In this document: positions 48,048 to 56,920 of the stretch, one piece after another
Layout: the number at the start of each line of letters is the position of its first letter
Position numbering within the stretch: the stretch's first letter is position 1
NCBI GenBank assembly: GCA_964407695.1
Contig: CAYOWQ010000001.1
Coordinates: 374,160 to 438,159 of the forward strand
DNA from: an uncultured Isosphaeraceae bacterium
GTDB taxonomy: Bacteria > Planctomycetota > Phycisphaerae > Phycisphaerales > SM1A02
Reading direction: 5' to 3'
Length of the DNA stretch: 64,000 nt
Translations under genes and position numbers: made by a program
The notes under the pieces: model-generated
What the model saw: the letters and a program-made list of their open reading frames with translations, nothing else
The model's database searches: none
Told to the model about the DNA's origin: nothing

Positions 48048-49381
48048 CGCTCGCCCCCCGCGAGATCGCCACTCTTCTTGTCGTTGGCGATGGAAACCTG
48101 GACTGTGGAGCCAATCGCCAGATGGCGGGCGGCGTTGACCACGACGAGTGTGCCGTCGGCAAGGTCCTTGCGAAGGACCACCCATTGTCGATCTTCAAGT
48201 CCCAGCTCAGGAAATTCACCCTCCACGTAAAAGTCGACGGGCACGGACTGCTCGCCCACCACGCCGTCCTTCACCGTTCGAAGGCGTTCATCACTCAGCG
48301 CCCGCCGAGGCACAATGGTTCGCTGCGCATGTCCCAGGGATTCAACGCGCCCTTCAAGGAAGCGCCCCGGAGTTACTCGATCTGAAGCGTTCGAATCCTG
48401 TCGAATTTCGACGAAAACGGGAAACGTCCGTGTGTCGGGGTCGTCGACCGGTGAGATTCTCGCCACGGTGCCGGACCACGTTTGCAGCTCATCGAGCCGG
48501 GTACTGTGTTCTGCGGTCAGGGTGACCGGTGAGCCTACGGCGACTCCCGAACGTGCTGCCGCCGGCAGCTGCAATGCCACTTCGACACGGCTGAGGCTGA
48601 CCACCCGCGCAATTCGGGTCCCCGGGGCCACATTCTCCCCCTCATCGACGTCGACCTCCGCCAGAATGCCATCCAGTGGACTCACGACGGTGCACCGTTC
48701 GAGATTCTCCTGCGCCAAGTCGCGCGCGGACTGCTGGGCCGCCCTCAACGCCTGAAGGCCGAGCCTCCGCGACGGGATCTTCTCGAGCTCCTCACGCGTA
48801 GTCGATTCCGCGCGCTCTGCGGCAATCACTGCCTGCCGTGCGCGGTCAAGTTCGCGCTCTCGCGCTGCCCCGCCCTCGGCGGCGACCTGAATGCGTTCGA
48901 AGTCGGCCCGGGCAAGCTTTGAGTCTTCCTCTGCAAGCCGAACCCGCTCGGTCCAGGATCGCTGCTCGACATCAAGCCGCTGCAGTTGGGCATCGAGATC
49001 CGAGATGTTCTGGACCGCAATCTCAAGCTCATGAGCGAAATCGGACTCGTCGAATCTGGCGAGGAGGTCGCCCTTGCGAACAGAATTGCCGCGAACGGTG
49101 GACTCCGGAACCTCAACAACGGTCGATGTAACTCGCGCAGGGACATCCGCCGCGTCCATGGCGCGGGCTGTCCCGTACCCGGACCATGTCCGATGCACCG
49201 AAACAGGGACGACCCGCATCACCAGAACGTCCTGACGTGGCTTGGCGTCGGCCGCCGGCTTCGGCTGCGGCTGAGTGGCAACCAACAAGAGGAAGATTCC
49301 GATGGACAGGCCGAGCAACACGAGGCAGACGACCGTGCGGGTCGCGATTGACAGCAGCAGAGCGGCACGCGGCATAGGCAT
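48044..49381 (-). CDS. RND efflux periplasmic adaptor (HlyD/MFP family)
   Basis: N-terminal TM anchor, a coiled-coil hairpin (QLQRLDVEQRSWTERVRLAEED...) and beta-barrel segments. Confidence 0.85.
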   Translation of the reverse strand: MPMPRAALLLSIATRTVVCLVLLGLSIGIFLLLVATQPQPKPAADAKPRQDVLVMRVVPVSVHRTWSGYGTARAMDAADVPARVTSTVVEVPESTVRGNSVRKGDLLARFDESDFAHELEIAVQNISDLDAQLQRLDVEQRSWTERVRLAEEDSKLARADFERIQVAAEGGAARERELDRARQAVIAAERAESTTREELEKIPSRRLGLQALRAAQQSARDLAQENLERCTVVSPLDGILAEVDVDEGENVAPGTRIARVVSLSRVEVALQLPAAARSGVAVGSPVTLTAEHSTRLDELQTWSGTVARISPVDDPDTRTFPVFVEIRQDSNASDRVTPGRFLEGRVESLGHAQRTIVPRRALSDERLRTVKDGVVGEQSVPVDFYVEGEFPELGLEDRQWVVLRKDLADGTLVVVNAARHLAIGSTVQVSIANDKKSGDLAGGER

Positions 49382-49545
49382 AAGGCATCGTTCGAGCGAG
49401 TGGTGATGCTAGGAGTTTGGGTGGGATCGGGCGACAACTATGCGCCCGATTCCCCACAGACGTTGGCGAGGTGCAGAATCGATGGCTCGACGGTTGCAGA
49501 TTCGGTTACGACTGCGTTGCGGCCATTCCTGCTACCCTTGCCGTC

Positions 49546-49854
49546 ATGCCAGAGATTCTCAGTCACGCCGAAGTTGCCCACGTTGCCAAGCTGGCGCGGC
49601 TTCGGCTCACCCAGGCCCAAATCGAGACGTTTCAAGAGCAGCTTTCCAGCGTGCTGACACATATAGCCAAGCTGAATGAGTTGGATGTCAGTGGCGTGGA
49701 GCCGATGGCCCATCCCCTCGACATGTCCAACCGGCTTGATGACGACGACGTCGTCCCGGGAATGGCGCTCGACGCACTTTTGAGGAATGCTCCGGCCGTC
49801 GAGGGACACTTTCTGGCGGTGCCCAAGGTTCTCGGCGATGGGGGTGGAGCATGA
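49546..49854 (+). CDS. gatC: Asp/Glu-tRNA amidotransferase subunit C
   Basis: Trimmed to ATG 49546. MPEILSHAEVAHVAKLARLRLTQAQIETFQEQLSSVLTHIAKLNELDVSGVEPMAHPL. Confidence 0.9.
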   Translation: MPEILSHAEVAHVAKLARLRLTQAQIETFQEQLSSVLTHIAKLNELDVSGVEPMAHPLDMSNRLDDDDVVPGMALDALLRNAPAVEGHFLAVPKVLGDGGGA

Positions 49855-51323
49855 TCGGTGCCTCAGCTCAGGGAATCGCAGCGGCGGTGCGGAGCGGCAA
49901 ACAGAAAGCCGTCAACGTCGTACGTGATCATCTGGATCGAATCTCGCAGATTGATGGTCCGATTCGAGCATTCCACGAAACCTACCCGGATGAAGCGATG
50001 GCGATGGCTGAATCGGTCGACAAGGCCGTGGCCGCCGGAAAGGATCCTGGTCCGCTAGCCGGCGTCCCAATCGCACTGAAGGACAATATCGTCACTCCGT
50101 TCGGCCGCACGACATGCAGTTCGGCCATCCTCAGGAACTTTCATGGCCCGTATTGGGCCACCGCAGCCAAGCGACTCGTGGATGCGGGTGGGATCGTTGT
50201 CGGGAAGACCAATTGTGATGAATTTGCCATGGGGTCGTCCACGGAGAATTGCGCCTGGGGACCAACGCAAAATCCATGGGCGAAGAATCATGTACCGGGC
50301 GGATCATCCGGCGGCAGCGCAGCGGCCGTGGCGGCACGAATGGTGCCGGTGGCCCTGGGGTCCGACACGGGCGGAAGCATTCGTCAACCTGCAGCGCTCT
50401 GCGGTATCACTGGTGTGAAGCCGACCTATGGCCGCGTGAGTCGATATGGATTGGTGGCCTTCGGATCGAGCCTGGATCAGATTGGTCCGTTCGCCACGAA
50501 TGTTGGCGATGCTGCACAGGTGCTTTCGGCCATGGCGGGTCCCGATGCTCGCGATTCCACATCGGCGGCTGTGGAGGTTCCGAAGTTTTCGGCAAGCATC
50601 GACAAGCCGATCGATGGGCTTCGCATCGGACTTCCCAAGCAGTATCTATCGCCGGAGAACGATCCCAGTGTGAATGATGCGATTCACGCCGCAACCGAGT
50701 TGTTCCGATCGCTCGGGGCCGAGATTGTACCCATCGAGCTGCCGCTTACGGACTACGGCATTTCGACGTACTACGTCATCGCCCCCGCGGAAGCGTCCAG
50801 CAATCTCGCACGATACGACGGCATTCGCTACGGTCATCGGGCTGAGATCAAAGGCGACGAGGATCTCTTCGATCTCTATGCAAAGAGTCGAGCCGAGGGC
50901 TTCGGACCTGAGGTGCAACGTCGAATCATGCTTGGCACCTACGTCCTCAGTTCCGGCTATTACGACGCGTATTACAAGCGGGCGCTCCAGGTTCGCCGCC
51001 TGATCAAGCAGGAATATGATGCCGCCTTCACGCAATGCCATGCGATTCTCGGGCCGACGTCGCCGATGCCGGCGTTTCGCATCGGTGGCAAGGCCGACCC
51101 ACTAACGATGTACCTCTGTGATGTTTACACTGTGAATGCGAATATCTCCGGTATCTGTGCTATTTCAATTCCGGGAGGATTCGCCGCTTCCCCAGCGGGT
51201 CGACTTCCCGTGGGCCTTCAACTTCAGTGCCAGGCATTTCAGGAGGAGCTGATGTTTCGCATCGCGCGGATGTACGAGAACGCGACCGAGTACCACACTC
51301 AGGTTCCGCCGCTTTCAAACTAG
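49851..51323 (+). CDS. gatA: Asp/Glu-tRNA amidotransferase subunit A
   Basis: ATGA overlap with gatC. Amidase signature GGSSGGSAAAVA...GSDTGGSIRQPA. Confidence 0.94.
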   Translation: MIGASAQGIAAAVRSGKQKAVNVVRDHLDRISQIDGPIRAFHETYPDEAMAMAESVDKAVAAGKDPGPLAGVPIALKDNIVTPFGRTTCSSAILRNFHGPYWATAAKRLVDAGGIVVGKTNCDEFAMGSSTENCAWGPTQNPWAKNHVPGGSSGGSAAAVAARMVPVALGSDTGGSIRQPAALCGITGVKPTYGRVSRYGLVAFGSSLDQIGPFATNVGDAAQVLSAMAGPDARDSTSAAVEVPKFSASIDKPIDGLRIGLPKQYLSPENDPSVNDAIHAATELFRSLGAEIVPIELPLTDYGISTYYVIAPAEASSNLARYDGIRYGHRAEIKGDEDLFDLYAKSRAEGFGPEVQRRIMLGTYVLSSGYYDAYYKRALQVRRLIKQEYDAAFTQCHAILGPTSPMPAFRIGGKADPLTMYLCDVYTVNANISGICAISIPGGFAASPAGRLPVGLQLQCQAFQEELMFRIARMYENATEYHTQVPPLSN

Positions 51324-51470
51324 TTCGCCAAGCAAGTCGACGTCTTGATCCCCAATTCATGACCCGAACCGAGGACGACGGTGTTCGCTTGAACGGAGCC
51401 GAGAGCTTCGCTCAAAAGGTCCTGGGCTGGTTGCAACCATGAATGGCCATGATCTCGGTAGGATTCCGGC

Positions 51471-52439
51471 ATGAGCAAGAGCGACCCCCTCGTGGTCGGC
51501 ATCGATCTTGGCGGCACCAACATGCAGATTGGCGTGGTCAACAGCGAGCACGCCATCGTTGGTCGCTGTAAGCGGAAAACCAAGGCCGACCTCGGCAGGG
51601 ATGCCGTGATCAAGCGCATCTGCGAGGGTGTGCGACGGGCATGCGACGACGCTCACGTCGATCTGCACGACATGGTGGCTGTCGGCATCGGTGCCCCCGG
51701 TGCGATCGATATTCCCCGCGGCGTGGTCCTGGAAGCGCCGAATCTGAAATGGAACGACGTTCCCCTCAAGGATCTCCTGTTGGAGGAGCTCGACCTTCCG
51801 GTCATCGTGGATAACGACGTGAATGTGGCCGTTTGGGGTGAAGCGAGGCTCGGCGCGGGCCAGGGTCGAGGCGACATGCTTGGGGTCTGGCTCGGCACCG
51901 GAGTGGGGGGTGGTCTGGTCCTCAACGGTCGCCTGTGGCATGGCACCACATTCACCGCCGGTGAGATTGGGCAGACCGTGATCACTCCGGGAGGTCCGCC
52001 CGGCCTCCTCACCGTGGAAGACCATTGCAGCCGCACTGGCATGAGCCACATCCTGAGAAAGCTCATGCAAACCGACCGCGAATCCATTCTGCATCGACTT
52101 GTGGAAGAGGCCGACGGCGCCATCGGATCAAAGATTCTTGCGGAGGCCGTCGAAGCCAAGGATGGGCTCGCCTGTCGCGTTGTGGATCATGCGGCCGAGA
52201 TGCTGGGAATCGCCATTGCCAATTGGGTCACGGTTCTTTCCATCGACACCATCATCATTGGAGGCGGCGTCACCGAGGCTCTAGGTGAACCGTTTGTCGA
52301 CAAGATACGCCCGATCTTTCGGCGCTATGTCTTTCCCGGCCGTCTCAGGGACTGCCTGATCATCACCAGTCGACTTGAGGACGACGCAGGGCTGCTGGGT
52401 GCAGCGCTCCTGGCGCAGGATCAGTTGCTTTCACAATAG
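51471..52439 (+). CDS. ROK-family sugar kinase (glucokinase-like)
   Basis: VVGIDLGGTNMQIGVV, DNDVNVAVWGE, GTGVGGGLVLNG. Confidence 0.88.
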   Translation: MSKSDPLVVGIDLGGTNMQIGVVNSEHAIVGRCKRKTKADLGRDAVIKRICEGVRRACDDAHVDLHDMVAVGIGAPGAIDIPRGVVLEAPNLKWNDVPLKDLLLEELDLPVIVDNDVNVAVWGEARLGAGQGRGDMLGVWLGTGVGGGLVLNGRLWHGTTFTAGEIGQTVITPGGPPGLLTVEDHCSRTGMSHILRKLMQTDRESILHRLVEEADGAIGSKILAEAVEAKDGLACRVVDHAAEMLGIAIANWVTVLSIDTIIIGGGVTEALGEPFVDKIRPIFRRYVFPGRLRDCLIITSRLEDDAGLLGAALLAQDQLLSQ

Positions 52440-52605
52440 TCGGTGGCCCGGGTTCGTCGGCGAGTAACCCGATTCGGCTGATGGGACCGAAATCCTGGTT
52501 GAGATGGGGAATAATTCAGATGTTTGGACGGGGCGACGGTGTTAGACTCATCCATGCGCTGATCAGTTCGATGGAGAACGATCCCAGTTAGGTGCATGAT
52601 TGGCA

Positions 52606-52632
52606 GGTTCCATGCCATATCTTCATGGAACC
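52606..52632. promoter_or_regulatory. Perfect 9-bp inverted repeat GGTTCCATG-N9-CATGGAACC about 50 nt upstream of the ECF sigma gene
   Basis: Arms at 52606-52614 and 52624-52632. Each arm carries GGAAC on one strand. Confidence 0.4.
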
Positions 52633-52681
52633 CGAATGGATTTGGGTTGCAGAATGGCTCAAATCGCGTCGACCGAGACCT

Positions 52682-53299
52682 ATGACCAGAGGGCTGGAAT
52701 TGGGAAACCGTTCACTACTGAAGGGCGCTGCGAGGAGCTCCGGTCATGGTTGTGACCGGGATCTCATCGTCGCGTGCATCGCCGGACGCCAGGATGCATG
52801 GAATACGCTGGTCGAGCGGTATGGTCGGCTCGTCTATTCGATCCCTCGGCGGTACGGACTGAATGAAGCGGATTCTGATGATGTCCACGCCGCGGTCTGG
52901 GGAATCGTCTTCAAACACCTCTCGGCCCTGAAGGATCAGACTCGTTTTTCTTCCTGGCTGATCACAACCGCGCACCGGGAGTGCTGGCGTGTCGCGAAAA
53001 ACCGCGAAGCAAATCTGGAACTCACCTCGCAGATGGCCGGCCCATCGGAACCCTCGGAAGAAGAGGCAAGCCGTTGGGAACGGCAACACGCAATTCGGGA
53101 AGGTTTGATAGAGCTCGGCGGTAAATGTCGAGACCTGCTTGAGGCGCTCTATCTTGCCCGGACGCAGTTGTCCTACGACGCCATTGGTGAACAATTGAAC
53201 ATGAAGCCTGGGAGTATCGGACCTACCCGAGCCCGGTGCCTTGAGAAACTCGAACGGATACTTCTGGCCAAGGGGAACGATTTCGACAGGATTTGCTGA
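52682..53299 (+). CDS. ECF-type RNA polymerase sigma-70 factor
   Basis: Region 2 AWNTLVERYGRLVYSIPRRYGLNEADSDDVHAAVWGIVF..FSSWLITTAHRECW. Region 4 LEALYLARTQLSYDAIGEQLNMKPGSIGPTRARCLEKL. Start uncertain (52592 or 52682). Confidence 0.88.
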   Translation: MTRGLELGNRSLLKGAARSSGHGCDRDLIVACIAGRQDAWNTLVERYGRLVYSIPRRYGLNEADSDDVHAAVWGIVFKHLSALKDQTRFSSWLITTAHRECWRVAKNREANLELTSQMAGPSEPSEEEASRWERQHAIREGLIELGGKCRDLLEALYLARTQLSYDAIGEQLNMKPGSIGPTRARCLEKLERILLAKGNDFDRIC

Positions 53300-53419
53300 C
53301 CGGAACCGCTCCTGACCTGCGAAAATGGCGCAAAATGGCAAGAGCTGCCCATTTCCGCGTATTTCCGAGCCGCCGGACGCCCTCTTGTTGTGTGTCCGAC
53401 CCAGTTTGGAAGCCTCACC

Positions 53420-54031
53420 ATGACACCCGACGAAATCACAGTTGACATGTTGGTCGCCTTCACGCAGGGCGAGCTTTCGATCGCGGAATCCAAGGAAGTT
53501 GAGGCGGCCACTCTTCGTGACCCCCTCCTTGCCGCTCGATTGAATCGCCTTCAAACGGTGCTACAGACCCTTCGAGAAGACGACACGGTCGAGGTGCCCG
53601 AATCGGTCTTGGCAAGGGCCAGATCAGTCTTCTCGCTCAACGTTCGACCCTCGGAATCGTGGTGGCAGCGAATGGCATCCGTGATTGCGTCCCTGCGATT
53701 TGACAGCAACGCCGCACCGGCCCTGGCGGGCGTTCGTGGAGATCAGGAGACGCGTCAATTGTCCTTTGCCTGGCCCAATGCGATGCTCGACCTGGAAATC
53801 GAGCAACAGCCGAATTCACAGGAGCGCTTGCTCATTGGCCAACTGGACCTCGAGTCCGGGACACCTGATTTGCAGGTTGCCCTGGTGCCCGCCGGCACCA
53901 ATTCCGCGGTCGCCGATGCCGCCGCAGACGCCGGTGGGGTCTTCACCTTGAGAGCACCTGAGGGAGTCTATGACCTTCTAGTTCTTTCAGGTGAATGCGT
54001 CATCAAGGTCCCCGGAGTCCATATTCGCTGA
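53420..54031 (+). CDS. Anti-sigma-like protein with no TM helix or zinc motif
   Basis: Trimmed to ATG 53420. N-terminal helical segment DMLVAFTQGELSIAESKEVEAATLRDPLLAARLNRL in the anti-sigma position. C-terminal beta-sandwich-like GVFTLRAPEGVYDLLVLSG. No hydrophobic span and no HxxxCxxC. Confidence 0.5.
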   Translation: MTPDEITVDMLVAFTQGELSIAESKEVEAATLRDPLLAARLNRLQTVLQTLREDDTVEVPESVLARARSVFSLNVRPSESWWQRMASVIASLRFDSNAAPALAGVRGDQETRQLSFAWPNAMLDLEIEQQPNSQERLLIGQLDLESGTPDLQVALVPAGTNSAVADAAADAGGVFTLRAPEGVYDLLVLSGECVIKVPGVHIR

Positions 54032-54061
54032 CTGTCAGGTGGATCCGAAGCATGAGTCACC

Positions 54062-56920
54062 ATGAGTGTCGAGTCGCCACAACAGCTCTTGAAGGAACTT
54101 CTCACCCTGTCACCGGAGTTGAGGCAGCGTCGTCTCCTTGCGACGCGTGACGTCGAGGGGGCTCTTGTCCAGTTGAGCGAAACCGCCGGCAGGAGTGGGT
54201 TCCAGTCAGTTTCTGCGGGGCTTGAGGCCACCGCCCTCGTTCTTTCGCTTTCGGATGAAGCTGAGGCGATCAGGCCAAGGGTTCATGCAAGAATCGCTCG
54301 ATCCCTCGCTCTGTCGCACAGCGGGCGATTCTCCGAGGCAATCGAGATGGCTGAGGAAGGAAGAAGTATCGCGTCCGCGGCTGATCTTGACCTTGAGGTC
54401 GCACGCTGCGATCTCGCCCTGATGCACCCAATGACGAAGGTGGGTCGCATTGACGAGGCGATCAACCGCGGTTTGGACGCTCGAGCGACATTCCAGTCGG
54501 CTGGCGAGACCGCCTTGATCGGACGTGCCGATCTGAATCTTGGCAACGTGTACAAGACCCGGGGCGATGGAGATGCCGCATTAAAGCATCTGACTTCCGC
54601 GGCTGAGGCCCTTCGAAGTGATGTGGTCCTGCGAGCACAGATTGAGAACACGCGGGGCAACGTGCTGCTGCTCATGGACCGATTTGCAGAGGCCGAGGCG
54701 GCCCATGAGCTTGCGTGGCGACTCCTGATCGACGAATCAATGCCGGCGGCTGCAGCAGTCGTCGAAGGCAATCTTGCGGATCTTCATGCGCGAATGGGTC
54801 GTCTCGATTCGGCCATTCGTCACTTTGAGCATGCGCGGAGCCAATATTCAGGAAGTGGAACCGAGCGGCATGTCGCCCGCCTGCTGATCGAGCAGGGCGA
54901 TGCGGTCGAGGTGCTCGGTCTTGTCGAAGAGGCTCTTGAGGCCTACGAGCAGGCTGCGGTGCATCTGGACAAGTTGAGCCTGACCGCCGAGCGAGCCCGT
55001 GCGTTGTGCGGGAGGGGCCGATGTCTTCTGCGATTGGATCGCGACTCAGAGGCGCGTCATCTGCTGGAACAGGCTCGCGAGACGTATTTCTCGCTGGGGG
55101 ATCAGCGTGCCGGCGCGCAGGTTCAACTGCTCCTGGTCGAGTTGATGCTGGCGGAGGGCAGCATCGAACAGGCGGGTCCAGTGCTCGAGCAGACACTCGG
55201 CTCTTTCGCCTCCCTGTCAATCGACAGGGCGATTGCGATGTCGATGCTGGCCCGTGTCCATCAATGGGCAGTCAGTCCGGCCGAGGCGGAAGCGGCCGCG
55301 ACGGAATCCGTGGCCATCGCTCGCATGTTGCGGGTCCCGACGATCCTGGCGGAGTGCCTGGGTACTCGCGCCTCGATTCGACTGGAGGCCGACAGGCTCG
55401 ACGACGGGATCAGCGACCTTCGTGAAGCCATGATGGAGGTGGAACGGGTTCGTGGAACCTTTCAGGCCGAACGATTTCGCACGGCATTCCTGGGCCGGCG
55501 ACTGGCGATCTATGAAGATCTGGTCCTCGCGGTCCTGAGGCGAAACGATGTCGAATCCATCGCTGAGGCGTTCGCCGTGGCTGAGAGGGCAAAGAGCCGG
55601 GCCTTGCTTGATCTTGTCAAGGGGGCCATCGACACCGTTGAATCCGATGGTTCGGCCACCTCATCCGGTTCGCAGCTTCTGCAGCAGCTTCGTCGTGAAC
55701 TGAATGCCTTGTACAGTCAATTAGATCGGAACGGCCAGGCCGATCAGCGACGTCTGAGCCCTGTCCGCTGGCACGAGGCGATTCAGGCCCGCGAGGTCGA
55801 ACTTGAGCGACTGGAATCCACGCTCGTTGAGTCTCGAGGCCCCGCAACACTTCTGGCGCCGACCATCGACGCGTCAGGCGTCGCGGACCTTGTGGGCTCT
55901 TCCGCGGCCATCGTTGAATACTTTGTAGCCGGGGCAGAGCTGATGGCCTTCGTCGCAACCGCGGATGGGCTGCGGATTGTCCGCAATCTTGCCACGACTG
56001 AGGCTCTGCATGAGCAGGTGATGCGGCTGCAATTCCAGATTCGACGGGTCTTCCGCCCGGGAATCGGTCCTGCAAACTCCACGCCTCGAATGGTCGAGCA
56101 ATGCCGTCGGGAGTTGCATGAGCTCTGGTCAATGATCCTCAATCCGATGGAGCCGTTGCTGGCGGAGATGGATCAGGTCACCTTCGTTCCCCACGGTCCG
56201 CTTCACCTGGTTCCGTTTGCAGCGCTTCACGACGGCCATGGGTATCTGGTCGATCGATTCAGACATTCCGTTGCTCCAAGCGCGAGTGTCCTCGCGGCCA
56301 CGAAATCGAGGCGAAGCGCCGAATCGGGTGGTCGGTTGCGGGCCATGGTGGTTGGCGTGGCGGACGAGTTTGCGCCGCGAATCGATGTTGAGGCTGCAAC
56401 TGTTGCGTGTCAGTTGCGACAGGCTCGGCAGGACGTCACCACGCTGATCGGCCCGGAGGCGTCTGTTCGCCATGTCCTTGATTCAATCCAACACGTAAGT
56501 CTGGCGCACTTCGCCTGCCACGGCACCTTCAACCCGAGGTTCCCTCGAGCATCAGGACTTCGCCTGGCTGATCGCTGGCTCATGGTTCGAGAGATCTATT
56601 CACTTTCGCTCAAGGCCGAATTGATCACGCTAAGCGGCTGTGAGACCGGGAGGTCACTCGTGCGCAAGGGTGATGACTTGCAGGGACTTACAAGCGCGTT
56701 TCTGACGGCCGGCGCCCAGAGCCTTCTCGTAACGCTTTGGACGGTCAACGACGTGGCGGCGGCCACGTTCAATGAACACTTCTATCCCGCCTGGATATCC
56801 GGTGTTGAGGGCTGTCGCGATGCGGCGTCGGCCCTGCAGCATGCGCAACAGACTGTTCGCGCTGCGTTCCCGCATCCTGCGTATTGGGCGGCATTTTCTC
56901 TGGTTGGAGGACTCCAGTGA
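54062..56920 (+). CDS. TPR-repeat CHAT-domain (caspase-like) protease, cytoplasmic
   Basis: No signal peptide. About 500 aa of TPR-like repeats. C-terminal CHAT with HFACHG (His820, nt 56519-56521) and LSGCETG (Cys860, nt 56639-56641). Confidence 0.85.
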   Translation: MSVESPQQLLKELLTLSPELRQRRLLATRDVEGALVQLSETAGRSGFQSVSAGLEATALVLSLSDEAEAIRPRVHARIARSLALSHSGRFSEAIEMAEEGRSIASAADLDLEVARCDLALMHPMTKVGRIDEAINRGLDARATFQSAGETALIGRADLNLGNVYKTRGDGDAALKHLTSAAEALRSDVVLRAQIENTRGNVLLLMDRFAEAEAAHELAWRLLIDESMPAAAAVVEGNLADLHARMGRLDSAIRHFEHARSQYSGSGTERHVARLLIEQGDAVEVLGLVEEALEAYEQAAVHLDKLSLTAERARALCGRGRCLLRLDRDSEARHLLEQARETYFSLGDQRAGAQVQLLLVELMLAEGSIEQAGPVLEQTLGSFASLSIDRAIAMSMLARVHQWAVSPAEAEAAATESVAIARMLRVPTILAECLGTRASIRLEADRLDDGISDLREAMMEVERVRGTFQAERFRTAFLGRRLAIYEDLVLAVLRRNDVESIAEAFAVAERAKSRALLDLVKGAIDTVESDGSATSSGSQLLQQLRRELNALYSQLDRNGQADQRRLSPVRWHEAIQAREVELERLESTLVESRGPATLLAPTIDASGVADLVGSSAAIVEYFVAGAELMAFVATADGLRIVRNLATTEALHEQVMRLQFQIRRVFRPGIGPANSTPRMVEQCRRELHELWSMILNPMEPLLAEMDQVTFVPHGPLHLVPFAALHDGHGYLVDRFRHSVAPSASVLAATKSRRSAESGGRLRAMVVGVADEFAPRIDVEAATVACQLRQARQDVTTLIGPEASVRHVLDSIQHVSLAHFACHGTFNPRFPRASGLRLADRWLMVREIYSLSLKAELITLSGCETGRSLVRKGDDLQGLTSAFLTAGAQSLLVTLWTVNDVAAATFNEHFYPAWISGVEGCRDAASALQHAQQTVRAAFPHPAYWAAFSLVGGLQ

